From Callorhinchus milii (lineage: Eukaryota), in assembly GCF_018977255.1 (NCBI RefSeq), contig NW_024704743.1, forward strand, positions 89,282,001-89,346,000: a stretch of DNA of 64,000 nt, given 5' to 3'. Shown piece by piece: positions 39,175 through 53,063 of this stretch (its first letter is position 1; each line of letters opens with the position of its first letter). The notes below the pieces were generated by a model. It saw only the letters and a list, made by a program, of their open reading frames with translations. It searched no databases and had not been told where the DNA came from. The translations under genes and the position numbers were made by a program.

Positions 39175-39645
39175 ACCTCAGTACAGTGCTGGGGGAGCTG
39201 CATCGCTGAAGGTGATGTGCTTCGAATAAAATATTAAACCAAACTCCATTCTGCCGGTTAAAGATCCCAGGGTATTATTCAAAAAGAGAAGGTTATGAAG
39301 ACACAATGCTTAAAATGCACAAATTATTATTATGTATTATTGTCTCAGCTGGTATCAACATTGTCACCACGAGGTCAGACGGTTGGAGGTTCAAGCCCAA
39401 TATCAGTTGAAGTTGACACTTCAGTACTAGGCTGAGAGTATGTGGCAATTTTGAAGGTGCCATCCTTCAGATAAGACGTTAAACTGAGGAACTAGGTCTT
39501 TGGGCATACGTTAAAGATCCTATGAAAAGGAGAGAACTTTTCCCCATATCTTGGCCAATAATCCTCCAGCTAAGTGGTCATTCACTTCATGACTGTTTAT
39601 GGGATGTTGCTGTGTGCAAACCGGCTGCTGTATTTTTCAGCAAAT
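39175..39645 (+). mobile_element. Two degenerate DeuSINE-like fragments
   Basis: Deu core motifs (gttaaagatccca, gttaaagatccta) at about 39258 and 39510. Confidence 0.65.
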
Positions 39646-40359
39646 CATTAGTTTGAGCGTTCATGTTTAACAAATGTCAGAGTATTTAAAGGGCACAATT
39701 GCTGTAGGTTTGCAACAAATTCAGTGGATGATTTCCGTTGTTTTTTTTTCTCACTGGACAAAGTTGTTTGAAGTTCATCTGAAGTCACGGGTACTTAGGA
39801 CTTGGCCTTCAAGAAATTGTTTTTCTGATTAATGTGCTTTACAGAGGAGAAATAGAGTTGGCAGGTAAACTGCCCACTTTTCACTTTTTTAATGGAAATA
39901 TTCCTGTGTAGCAAATCCAATTATCCAATTGTACAAATTGAAGGAAACCAGGGGAAGGCATTGGAGACTGAATTGCTGTTTGTGTAAATGCCCCTTCAAA
40001 TTAATTTACAGTATCTAGATATCCTTTAACTAGGTTTTAACCGTATTTTACTATAAACCTTTACTAATTCTGTGCTAATAGAGTCTTTTTAAGTAATAAG
40101 CAGTAGTATTTACCTTTCCATTGTCTGAGCTGTTTTATAATGAGTTGTAGGGCTGAATATTTTCCAAGGACAAAATTCAATCCATTTGGGTGACATCCTC
40201 TTTTCGAACAGATGTCCTCAGGCAGGAGCTGGTCCAGATACTGATGTCTCTCAGCCCAGTAAGGATCCAGTAGTGTTGTTAAAAAAGCAAACACAGCAGC
40301 TAATCTCCACCAACCATGTCCAAAAATAGAAGCGATAGAAATGTGCATTTGAATGGGGG

Positions 40360-40600
40360 AGGTATATTGGCCAGGCCTTCAAGAGAATTCCATGACCTTC
40401 AAAATAATGCCATGAGATGTTTATCATCCACCTGAACAATCAGACAAACGTTTGGAACAACTACTCTTCGAAAGGACAACACCTCCAACAGTGCAGCAGT
40501 ACCTCATTACATCACTGAAATGTCAGCCTAGATTGCAACCTGAAATCTTACTGTGGTATTAAATATCACAACTGTTTGAACTAGAAACATTACATACTCA
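40360..40600 (-). mobile_element. Degenerate DeuSINE-like copy
   Basis: aataatgccatgagatgtttatcatccacctgaaca is the reverse complement of the core. Confidence 0.65.
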
Positions 40601-40629
40601 GTCAGCCTGTTACCCTGTAACTCCTGTGC

Positions 40630-41055
40630 TACTTTCCTCCTTTGTGGGTGTCGGTAGTCAGGCTCTCCTTGGAGCTGTCAGCCTCCAAGTTGACATGTTT
40701 ATCAACAGAATTTCAGAATCGAGCCAATCCTCTGTGGGCATCTCAGTAATCCAGTCCTTGAGCCGGGTGGGGGAGGGTCCACAATATTCCAGGCCACTGC
40801 TGATGTCAGCACAGCCAGCCTGGCTCATTGTCAGGACCATAAAGGGCAGTTCAGCCACTGGAGACAAGGACTCTTCCCAATCAGCTCCCGTAACCCTGAA
40901 AGCTAAGTCCTACTAACAAGTAGGGTGGTCCTAGCAGGACATGCAGTGGGAAAGCGTTCCAGGCAGTATTTGCATTGGCAAGCTATGCGGTTTTAGCTGA
41001 TTTGGCTCCAGCAATACCCAAACGTACACTCAAGCCCCTTAAGCCTTGACTCCAG
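40630..41055. repeat. Family C repeat, distal part
   Basis: Colinear with 37300-37720 and reverse complementary to 50480-50795. Confidence 0.72.
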
Positions 41056-41204
41056 AATTAGGATGTGTCGCTTAAGCGAAATAATGCGCTTAATATATTT
41101 GGTCAGATGCAGTTCCTTGTAGCTACAGCTTGCTCCCTTGTGCTGGTGAAATGCCCCATAAACACGGGCAACAAATGCATAAGGACGTTTTTTTTAATTG
41201 TCTA

Positions 41205-41603
41205 TGATAATAATTTCATTTTATATTGCACCTTATCACATCCTCAAAATGTCTCAAAGGATTCACTGCAAAGTATAGTGACTGTGTAGGTGAACACTCA
41301 GTTACTCACAGCAATATCACCCAAACACCCAGTGAATAGCCATTTTTATCTGCTGGATGGTTGACAAGACACCTGGAGAAATTCCATTCTATTTTTGAGT
41401 AGTATGATGGGATCTTCAACGTCCACCTGAAAAGGCATGTTAAAGTCTCACCCGAAGAACTGCACCTCTGGCAATGCAATGCACCCCCAGCACTGAATTG
41501 CATTGTCAAGATAAGCTAGGAGTTCAAAGGCCTGACATGGGGCTTGAACCCACAACCTTCTGATTCAGAGGCAAGAGTGCTACCAATTGAGTCATACTGA
41601 CAT
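41205..41603 (-). mobile_element. DeuSINE-like element
   Basis: Head ttgaacccacaaccttctgattcagaggcaagagtgctacc (reverse), core and tail all present. Confidence 0.8.
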
Positions 41604-42519
41604 CTGGCTGTACAATAAATACATTTATATATAATGGATAATTTGGTAAAGATAATATTTGGTATGAAACTGAGCCGTACACAACAGGAAGTTCTCAGGT
41701 CTGATCCCTGGTCTGTGTTGAGTTAATTGATCTCAGCCAAGTCCATGGAAGGGTGTTACAACTAATTTACCCCCCATCCCTCCTTTTGTATTTCCTGTGG
41801 GAGTTACTGTTAATATTCTTTCAAACTTGATTGAACTGGAAAGTTGAGATGATATTAAGCATGAAACACTACTTAACTGATGGAGCATGGTCAATTCAGT
41901 TGTATGAATGATGAGACGTGCAACATCCATTGGGGCCTCCTATTTAACAGCCTCTTCAAGAGATGGTAAGAAAAATATTATGTGCAATGCAAGAGAGCTC
42001 AGGCCTTGGACTTTAGCCAGTGACTAACTCACTCTGAGGTAATCCATGCATGACCAGTTCATCATTTTAGACCCTCTATCCATATCAAACCACAGCTGTG
42101 GCACCAACTGATGTGAAGTTTTATTTTGATGCAAGCTGGATTTAAATGTTATAAGCCTATGAAGTATATTGAGGCAGTAATGTTCTGCATCAGCACCTCT
42201 GTGTTTGTTTATATCATCCATTCCTGAAGACGTATTAAAACAATCCTAAAGGGGCTGCTAGAGAAAGTAGATTGCCTTATAAAGTGGGAGGGGAGTTGCA
42301 AATTTCCTTTGGGAACGCATCCCATCCATCCACTGTTAAGTATTGCTTTCAAATGGCAAACACATACCCAAACACTTTAGGGCTCTAAACCAAGGTCACG
42401 ATCCTCAAACTGAGTATTGTAAATCCCAAATGACCAAGCCCGTCCACCAGTTTAAAAGTCAGACAGCTCCAGTATTCCATCTTCTAGGAGGTAAAAAAGA
42501 GAAGTGTCTGAAGGGTAGG

Positions 42520-42778
42520 AGGGTTCTGTGTAGTTTTAGCTGGTTAAACCGCAGCAGTACCCCAGGGCACACTCTGGATTCCCCAAGCCTTGGTTCTCAC
42601 CAATCCGTGTCTAACACTCTCCTGTGGCCCTTTAGAGAGAGAGTATGCATTCCCAATCTAGATCCGCAGAAATGTCCATGTATAGGTGGCATTCATATGT
42701 AGAACTTTCAGTCCGGTTTGGATATTCTTAAGCATGGTAATAGGTTTCCACATTTGTCAGACACACCCAGCTGACCCC
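42520..42778. repeat. Family C repeat, proximal part
   Basis: Matches 37660-37910 and the reverse complement of 5405-5660. Confidence 0.75.
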
Positions 42779-43249
42779 CAAAAATAAGGAAAGCTCCATT
42801 TTACTTGAATCCCAAACAAAAGCAGCAGTGACAGATAAACCTGTCATTGATTTTGCTCCAATGGCTACAATGGCAGCTGAAGAGTTTCCTTTATTCTTAA
42901 ATCTGCTGAGTTTGTGGGGAAAATGGGAGAAAAAGGGTTAGCTCTGACCCAGAAGGCACTGAGCCTCAAACAGAGCAGCTGTACACAACTTGACATCTCT
43001 GGAAAATTTAAGTAAAAGCCAAGAGCGTCAGTTGTTGATGAATTAATAAAGATGAATTTTGTAGATTTGGCAGGTGCCAAATGAAGTGGGGGCCAATTAC
43101 TGGAGGTCATCTCCACATATAACAGAGACAACCATCTTCCACCATTATTTTTGCACAAGATTCCTTTTGTCTTTCCACAGACAATGCAATTGATTAGCAA
43201 AGTTTAACATTTAAACTCTGTATGAGAAACGGGAGAAAAAAACAAAAAA

Positions 43250-43640
43250 TTAATAAAATAATCTTGCATTCAATATAGCACCTATATCATTAAAACAACT
43301 CCTAGAGCTCTTTTTTCGGTTAGCCCTGAAGCCAATTTGCATGCAACGAAATCCAACGAACAGCTATGAAGTGAATGATTAATATATCTGGCAGATTGCT
43401 GGCCAGGACAGAGAGAAACTCCCTTTTCTTTTCCAAAACTGTCTTTGATATCTTTACCAACCACCTGAATAGACAAATGGGACCTTGGTTTAATGTCTCA
43501 ACTGAAGGTCAACACACCAGATAATGGAATGCTACTCAACCCTGCACAATTATACCCAGGGTATTTGCTCCGACAAGGGACGTGAACCACCACCTTCTGA
43601 CCCAGAGGCTAGAGTGCTACCAGCTGAGCTGGACTGATAG
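43250..43640 (-). mobile_element. DeuSINE-like element
   Basis: Reverse-complement head, core (ggaccttggtttaatgtctca) and tail. Confidence 0.75.
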
Positions 43641-46600
43641 CTAACATAGGCTCATTTATTTTTTCGAAACGCTAAGAATTTCCACAACTTTATTATGAAT
43701 CATTCAATAGGTTATACCATCACTGAAAAACTGCTTGCATAGCAGTATACAGAGCATTAGGTTTAAAATACCATCAACTTTTTCTGATGTGGACAAACTT
43801 AAGCTATTGCATAGTGCATCTCCATTATAATATAATATTTGGGATCCATAAAATCCCAACCCATTTAATGTGAGGTGTGTTAACAGGTTTGACTATGCAA
43901 CTGCACAACCAGTCATTGCACAAGGAGCTCTGGCTGGTTCCAAAGATAAGAAAAAGTAGCCAACTTCTGGGTCATTGGGTCAACGGCACTTCCTGTTTTT
44001 TGTGCATGGGCAAAGTGACATTGTCTCCCCGGCTGACTTCAAAGTTGGTCTTTTTTTAGCACAGCACAGGAAGCTAAAATCGCTGACTTCCATTTTATTG
44101 GGTCACCTGGCCACCGGATCATAAGATGGTCATTTTAGCATGAAAAACCAACACAGGAGACAAGCACTGTATGCAAGTGCATTGAATGAGGTTTACAGTC
44201 AACCACGTGCATTCATGTTACAGTGAATTGCATTATAGTGGGACTGTACAGTCATTGGGAACAGTTCAATTTAGATCACAAGGCAAAATTTTCTTCTTTG
44301 TAGGATTTCTGCAAGAATCCTTTTTAAATGTATTGTTTGAAAGAAAAAAACACTTGTATTTTATACATCAAAACATCTCAAAGCACTTTATGGTAACTGT
44401 TGTCAAGTTTAGTCATTGTTTTATGTAGGCAAATGTGGCAGTTATTTTGTATATTACATGTTCCCAGGAACAGCCATGAGTTTGATGTTCAATTATTTTG
44501 GAGAATTGTTGAACAGGAAATTTGGATAAACTGCCTTGTCTTTTAAAATAATGTTCAATTTACACTTCTTTAATGCCCTTCACATTGAGGGATGCCTCAA
44601 AGCGCCTCATACTGTTGGCTCAGCTGGGGAAGTTTGGAGGGGGGTGGCGAGGGGGAGGAGATGGGAGCTGAAGAAGCTAGGCAGGGGAAAGATGAGCGAA
44701 AGCACAGACAAAACGGTAAGTCTTGAGACTTTACTTTGGAACATGGGTTGTAGGCATTCTTGAGACATAAATATTGTGATAGGATCTTTAATCCATTGCA
44801 TGATTGGATTTTTGTAGATTTGTGTGCGTGGGAGCAGGGAGGGGGGCTTGTAAGTAATCTCTTCACAGAATTCCTTCATGTAGGGTAAAATATTCCATTG
44901 TCACTGAATGTAATGACCTTGATGCGTATTGATCAGCACTCTGTGACACTGCGTCGCATAAAGGGTGCTACATAAATGCAAGTTGTTGTTGTTTGATAAT
45001 AGAAAATTCCTTTGTAGTTGTACATTCACAATAGTCCGTGACAAGCAAAATGTCTACCTTTATAGTGTCTAATTGAGTCATATCCAGTTTTCAGATAATC
45101 TGTTCATACAGCACTAAAGTTCTATAACAAATTCATTGTGAAAGGCAATAACCCATAATGTTAGGAATTAAATGAGTTATTCTTATTTTTATTGATTGTG
45201 AAAAATTATGCACGATACAATCGACTTTAGGCATTTTGAAAGCAAGCACTGCTTAGCTGCAGGTAAACCTTTTTTGTGGCCAGTCTTTAACATAGGTTTT
45301 GAAATGTTAAATGTCTGTAACAGAGAAACTTGCTTTGCAATTTTTTTTGCACTGGTAAAATTCAGATAGTCATTTGAATGACTTGTGAATTAAATGTTCT
45401 GATGGACTGGTGCAATGTTTCTTTCTCTTAGTGCAATGACTTCCTGTAGCAAGATCTTGGCACTTCCATCTATTCTGAAGTAGATGGACATTTTATTCAA
45501 TAGATCTTCATATTGTGCTCTGATTTAAGGTCCTTTTATTTTAATTAACTGACAATTGTGGGAATTTTTAACTTGCCCGAAGTGGATAATCTCCTCCTGA
45601 CATGTGATTGCAGATTGTAAATTAAACTCTGTTTAATTTGACACAATTTCACTGTGCTAAAATAGCCTGCAGCTAATCCACATACTGGCTGATTGGAGTG
45701 ATTGGGTGATAGTGCTGCAGATATATCACAAGATCTTGTTCGCCACAGACATTTAGTAATATAATACTTGTAGAAATGTTCCCATCTCTCTGATGTTGGT
45801 GGAAGACTTTACTCTGGAACATGATTTTTAGACATTCTTGAAACATAACTTCACTTCCTCCACTTACTCTGGGAATGCGGTCTTGCGTGCTGTTTCGCTC
45901 TTAAAGTAAAGAAATAAATTATAGGATATATGCATTTTTTCTGACTAGCATGTTAATATGTTGGAGGGAGTGGATAAATAAGTACACAGTGTTCATTTCA
46001 TATAACGATCAAGACTTCATGTTGTCTGACAATCACTGAACTCCTGTTTTCCAAATTGATTGCTTGCATGTTGGTCTCATATCCATTGTCGAATCTCAAG
46101 TTCAATCCAGTTCATGCAGAACTCTCTCTTCACAATTCAGTTACAAAAGCCAAGGCTCACAAGCCATATTAAATACCAACAATTTTGCTCACAACTATAA
46201 TCTCTACACATGCCTACAAATGTAATCACTACACTGGAGCATCAAGAACGACTCAAAGTGCTTCTTAAAGTTTTCTCAAAACTTCTCAAAGTCTTATTAT
46301 ATAAATCCATACTCAAGAAGAAGGCTTATATCTCTCAGTGCGGTATTTTTTAAACTGACTGGGAAAAAAAATGATCTCAGAACTTTCAATAAAGTTATAT
46401 ATGGGGATAAAAATGTAGGCAAAATATCATTCATTTTGTACAAATTTAGAAAAAATTATGATACACTAAGTTATCCTAATAAAAGTCAGACCATAATTTC
46501 TAAATTTGAAAACACTGGCACTTTAGAGAGAACAATTTTGCAGAGCAGTCTTTAATGATGTCATTCAACAAAAACAACAACTTGCATTTATATAATGCCA

Positions 46601-48123
46601 CTCACGAGGGGTAGCATTCACCACGGCCTAGCCTATAGTTTGTATTCATCCTCCCTCACCAACAATGTCTTCCCTTTGATCGTTGTCACTTTCAGCATTG
46701 TAACCTCCATTTGTTTCTGCTGAACTTCACAAGCCTGTGCACATAGTTACTAGATCTAAATTGACCCACACTGTGTGGGGAAATTGGATACATAGTAACC
46801 CATGTGCGAATTTTGCAAATGTTCGCATGCGCATAACTGGATATTTTTGACTATCTTGTATGTCATGATATTTTACTGGTTTGCTTAGTCTGTATATTCA
46901 AGGCAAGTAAGGCATTTGAAGCTGCAATTTAGAGCAAAACAAATCTCATCTTTTATTTGGAAGAATGCAGTGTGTCTATTAGTTTGATTGTTACCAGTGT
47001 CAAAGTGTATCATTCAATAGATCACCGGAATTTCATAGACTGCAGTCATCATTTCTCAACAGTCAGTCAGCTAAGTGATTTGTACGTATACCGGATGGCG
47101 ATCTTCTGTGCTGTAGATTTTTATGGTTATGTATCATTGAGATGTAAACAACGCATGTTTCATAACAGATTCATTTTGATTCGCCTACATAATGCACAGT
47201 CACTGCACTTTGTAGTAAATCCTGTGAAACACTTTAAGATGCCTTCCTGACGTGAAAGGAGCAATATCAAGTGATCACTGTTGATTATTTGGGAGCAGCA
47301 AAGGGCCAGACATTTCTTCAGACCTAATGACAATGTCAAATCTGTTACGATGCACCACATTTTTTCATCCATTGATGAACATTTTCAATGGAACTTACCC
47401 TCCTACCAGGCAACTTCAGTAGAAAGGTTTGGTCCTGAGGTTGATCTGAGAGAAATGTGGTCACTGTCTTGGATACCCCTGAGATACAGTGATTCTTTTT
47501 CTATTCTTAAACCAGCAGTAGAGTACAGCTTCAGAAGCTATGGATTGAGTTAAGTAGGTGCCCTTTTTATTTGCTGCACTCAAATGCCAAACTCATTGAT
47601 CGGGAATAATAATGGAGAGAAGGGTTATTTGATTATGCTGAATTTGGCTCAAGGGGGAGAGAAAGGGAGGGATGAGGAGGATGTGGGGGTGCAAAAAGGA
47701 AGAGGGAGTTTAGTTCCTTGGCCAATCTTTAGGAATGCATGGAATAATACAAAATTACATAACAGACTCAGTGAGTCAACTATCACATCAAATCTCTTAT
47801 GAATTGTCACATTTTACTCCAGATTATTATGATATCAAATAACTCCCTGTTACTTCATCTGACATGACTGCACTGGTTAAAAGTATAAATACTTTAATGA
47901 CATCAAAGTCTCAAGGTCAGATCACGCCAAGTTCAATTGTCATCAATGACAATTATGTTCACAGCTGAGGCAGTCTGAGCAAATTTTCTGTTTTATTAAT
48001 GGAACATATACAATCAGTTCAGTTATAAGACTTCAGCTTCCCCAAATCCAATTTAAATTAATTCTTCTATACACCTTACAGACTGTTGGTTTCCTCTGTC
48101 AGACCCACTTAAAATAATGTCAT

Positions 48124-48552
48124 GTGTCAGCATGGTTAAGCTGGTAGCACTCTGAGTCAGAAGGTTGTAGGTTCAAGTCCCACTTTGGGAATTTGAATTC
48201 AGTCAGAGTTGACACTACATTATGTTGTTGAGGGAATGTTGCATTGTCTAAGGTGCCATCCCTTGGTTGAACCATTAAACTCAGGTGTAGGTCCTGTTTA
48301 GGTGGATGTTAAAGATCTCACCGCACTACTTGAAAGGAGAAGTTTCTCCCGGTGTGCTGGCCAACAATTCCCTAGATAAAATTGGCCATTCACATCACGG
48401 CTGTTTGAGGGATATTGCAGTGTGTGCCAATCGGTTGCCACATTCGCCTACAAATACACAGTCACTACACTTTACAGTAAATCCTGTGAAATACTTTAAG
48501 AAGTTTTGATGACATGATAGGGCATTATATCAAATGCACAGATTTTTCATTA
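48124..48552 (+). mobile_element. DeuSINE-like element
   Basis: Head, core ggtggatgttaaagatctc and tail, colinear with 30383-30816. Confidence 0.82.
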
Positions 48553-49219
48553 CTAGGGAGCTGACATTTACAACCTTAAGTTTAAGCTGTGGTGGCACTG
48601 ACCTAAGCAAAATCTAATTCATCGCCTGAATGAAATCAAGGACCATATCTTCTTCCAAGTAAGAGATAGGAGAAGGAGAGGAAGCAGCTTTTAATCCTCT
48701 AAAGCTGAATTTTGTTATTTAATTTTTCGAGATTCCTTGAATAATAAATCTGCTGAAATACTGTTTTCATCACAAGTTTCTGCTTTTTAAACTATTTATT
48801 CATATCTGTCATATATTTTGTTCCAAGACGGCTATTGAGAATGACGTGTTTTCATTTTCCTATCATCTTAAGATATACAGTTCTTGGTGCCCACTTGTTA
48901 CCTCACCAATGGACTCTGCAGTCTCCTGGTTTAAAAAAAATGACATGAGCCAAGATCTCATTCAACCGACAAACGAATTTCTGCTAAAGTCACTGCCACT
49001 TGAACCTACATGTAAATTTGTAAATGTCAGCTCCGCATGGCTTAGAAATCTAAGCCATGCACTCATTGTGCAATGAAGGGAAGCCCAATCTTGTTTCCCA
49101 CATCCACACAATTACACACATTCACACTTAAATCAGTACCATTGATGGTAGTACTCCATAGGTATGAAAGATATTACTGAGAGAGGGAGCCAGGCTCCAG
49201 TGGCTCCCTATCGTCGAAG

Positions 49220-49551
49220 GATCGGTCGATTTCAAATCCTCACACTCATTTTCAAATCCTTTCATGGCCTGATACCTCCCTATCTCTCCGAACTGTTTAC
49301 CCCCCAGCCCACTACCCGCTGCCTCCTCTCAACTGGCTTCAGCCTTCTGCATGCTCCATTCCATTGGTGGCCCAGCTTTCAGCCACTATGCCCCGAAACT
49401 CTGAACACTCTTCCTCTATCCCTCAGTCTTGCCCCTTCCTTCCCAATCTTCGGGTCGCACCCCAGCTCGGCATTGTGCTCCGTCACTGTCAAGCGCTCTG
49501 GGACGCTACCCAGTGTGAGGGTGGGCGCTATATAAATGCAAGTTGTTGTTA
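49220..49551 (+). mobile_element. L2 3' fragment
   Basis: FQILTLIFKSFHGLIPPYLSEL; ends gcgctatataaatgcaagttgttgtt. Confidence 0.85.
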
Positions 49552-49782
49552 TAAATATTTTTCAGATGACCACATTTGTTATTATCTAGATGAATGACTA
49601 AACTCTTCCCATTAGTTTTCTGCCGACAGCAACTAACAGAGTTCTGGTTCTTGTAATGAATGGATGGTATATCACTAAGATTCATAATTTCTGTCAAGTA
49701 AAAAGTAGTTTTCAGTGTTTTTCACAGTTCTACCCTTCAACATTCATCTGAAGGATAGTTTTTATTGTGATAGTATTTGAGT

Positions 49783-50795
49783 TTGGTCAGCCAGGTGTCT
49801 TACACGTGAAGAAGCCCATCACCATGCTTAATAGTATCCAAATCAAACTGAGAGTTCCATGCATCCCACCTACATATGGAAATTCCAGATATATAATAAT
49901 AATAATAATCCTTGCATTTGATATAGCGCTTTTCACGTCTTCTCAAAGAGCTTCACAGAATAGACTGTAAAGTGAATTGACCGTATATTGTGGGCGAAAC
50001 GTGGCAACCAATTGCGCACAGCAGTGTCCCACAAACAGTCGTGGATTGAAATGACCTATTTATTATTGTTTTTGTTTTTTTGGAGGGATTATTATTAGGC
50101 ATGTGGAGTAAGGAAACTAAGTGAAAACGTCAAAATGAACTTAATCCAACTAGGATCAAATGGTTGATTTTTGATTTTTATAGATATTTCTTAGTTGTCA
50201 ATATTCAATATACCATCATAACTCTTCAAAGGATAAACAGTGGATCCNAAAAAATCAGTACCTACTAGGATTTGTTTCAACCTATCTGGATATCTTTTCT
50301 TTTTAAACAAAACTATTAAATTTCCTAGAATCTAGGTGCAACAGTTGCAAATGATTTGGAATAAAACAAGTCATTGTGCTCAATGATTAAAATTGTTTTT
50401 AATATTTGTTGGAATGGAATGTGCACTTTCTCCTGGTGCTTACTTAATTCCGAAATGTATGAAGTACAGGTTAGCAAGAGCTAAGACTTGGGGACCCAAA
50501 CTGCTGGAATCTAACCAGCTAAAACCACATAACAATTGCCATTGATAGCACTACCTGGTAAGCTTTCTCACTGCTGTCCAGCTAGGACAACCCTACCTGT
50601 TAGGGCTTCGGCTTACAGGTTGTGCTGTCATCAACAGTGCCCTGAAATACTATGGACATGCCTGGCTCAGAAATTGAACTACCGAGACCGCCAAAGAGGG
50701 CTGGCTCGATTCCAACATTTCGTTGCCAAACATGTCACCTTGGAGTCAGTTGAATTCCAAGAAGCCTCCACTTACCTCCCCGCCAAGGAGGACAG
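49783..50795. repeat. Family C repeat in two pieces (49783-49888 and 50405-50795) separated by a minus-strand SINE (49893-50118) and unrelated AT-rich sequence
   Basis: Both pieces are colinear with 5405-5858. Confidence 0.7.
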
Positions 50796-51604
50796 TTGGC
50801 TGTTTCTTTACCTGAGCTACTTTTCTCTAGTTCACATCTCCTGCAAGATATATATTTTTCATGAATACTGATACACACAAATATCATATCCACTTTGCTT
50901 TGCTTGCAGAATTGACTGACTATTGTTGTAAAGAAATACAAATATAGTCACTTTTGCTGTGAAACACTTTGAGATGACTTAACGTAACATGAACTATATC
51001 AAGTGTATTATATTGTGTATCAAGAGCAAGGATGATGTTTATTATATATGACTAAAACTACAAAGCACGAGGGAAATATTCCATTTGAAAACAAGTAGTT
51101 TTTCATTAAAGTCCAGGCTGATTCTGATTGGTCCAGGAATTATGTTTACCAATTAAAGTGGATCTTTCTAAGATGTTTATACTTAGTTTATGTTGCGCTT
51201 TACTTTGTTTTCCCCTTTGCCCTGGACAATATTGCTCTTTCATCTAAATTGACAAACCAAAAGGTTGCATGAAGTCCTTCTTCCCATTTCTCTTTGTAAA
51301 TTATTCCTGGCATAAATTAGCTGCCATGCTTGCCTATTACATCCCATAGGTTTCAGTTGTTTTGAGATAATAAGGCAAGCACCTTGTTAAATAAAATATT
51401 GTATTTGCACCATACAGCGTAGTTCGCATTTTTATGCTCTATAGCACAACTATAGCCAAACAAAATAACAAGCAATTGAAAGGTTTGATTCTGATTGTTG
51501 GTGACACAAAAAGTATAGGAAAACTGATACATCAATACTGGGGGGAATTCCTAGACATCTCGTAGACTAATGCTAACTCAAGTTCAGAAAATGATCCTTA
51601 ACAA

Positions 51605-51900
51605 GGTGTCAGCCTGCATCAGTGGTAGCCTTTGAGCCAGAAGGTTGTGTGTTCACACCCCCCACCGGGGCTTGGTCTAGATTGACACTCCTGGTGGGGG
51701 GGTACCTAATGGAGGGCACTGCCTGTTGGATGATTAAACCGAGGTTCTGTTTGTATGATCGGGAGGACTTTAAAGATCCCATGGCATTATTCGAAAAGAG
51801 CATAGGTAGGAATTAATCTGTAAGGACCTACGTCTGAAAGTTTTGAAACATCCTACTGATGTGAAAGGTGCTATATCAACTGCAATGATTCATTTTTATT
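51605..51900 (+). mobile_element. Internally deleted DeuSINE-like element
   Basis: Head, core ttaaagatcccatggcattattcgaaaagag and tail. Confidence 0.72.
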
Positions 51901-52944
51901 ATAACTCATTATGTGAACAAATGCCCACAAAGGGAAAGAGTTTGCAGACAAATACATATAAAGGTACATAGACAACAACAACTTGCATTTATATAGTGCC
52001 CTTCACACAGGGTAGATAGGAAGGACCGAAAGAAAGATCTAGAGGCCCATTAAATTCACAGATGATAAAATATGACGTTTCAGTGCAGTTATTTGGTGCC
52101 TGTCAGGGAGCAATATATCAAGGAGTTCAGGCAATGCCAGAAGCCACAGGAATAAATCTCAGGTATTTCATTGACGTTATCTCAACTCCAGATGAGTTAT
52201 TGTTTGAAACAAAGGCTTTCTTTTGTGGCTTTTGTTATCTGGGAGATTAATTTTATGACTTCCAGAGTCCAGTAAGAGCAGCTCCACTTCACAAAGACCA
52301 CAAGCTCCCACAACTGGATTACATCTCAAACTCAAGTGTTTGCCAATCAATTTGAAGTGTTTCATGTACTTGAAAAGCATTATCTGAATGCAAGTTATTG
52401 TTGTTCACATAATGGTGTATCATTCTGAACTTTAAATAATGTCAGAGAAAAATAGCATGCAGCGTGCTGCATTTATGTGCTATGCCTCAAAACGTACCTC
52501 TTTGACTATGCTTTCAGTCATCTTTCCCCTCCCGACCCCTCCTGGGCTCCCATTCCCTGTTTGGACATCTTGTCAAGTGCTTTGAAACGTCCTCCCGATG
52601 TGAAAGGGACTATGTACATGTAAGTTGTATTGTATTTATAGAAAAGTAACATATCTGAGTATATTCTGGAAATAGGGTAATTGGACAACTGATAATTGTA
52701 TGTCTGAGCCTTCATTGGGTGGATTGGGAAGAAGAGGAAGTCTGAGGATCTAAAAAATGTAAAGGTCAGAGAGAAATATAACAAAACTATTACACAAAAC
52801 CATGTTCCTTACCCAATGTTATCTACTGGGTACAAAACAGACTAGGAAGGCTGAATTTTGTTAATGTAGGGGTAAAGTTTGCAGGTAAAGTTAAAACTGT
52901 TGCCACTTACTGTCAATTATTGTTATGTGTTGAACATTGCGTTA

Positions 52945-53063
52945 GTATTTTGCCCACAAAATATACAGTCAATTCACTTTATGCTATATTCTGTGAAGCG
53001 CTTTGGGATGTCCTCCCGACGTGAAAAGCGCTATATCAAATGCAAGGAATATTATTATTATTA
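52945..53063 (+). mobile_element. SINE tail (ctccc-loop variant)
   Basis: Nearly identical to 54890-55001. Confidence 0.85.

Noticed and set aside
50248..50248. Single N base inside the interval splitting a family C repeat
   Set aside because: An ambiguous base or assembly join rather than biology; the local structure at 50120-50400 should be treated with caution.
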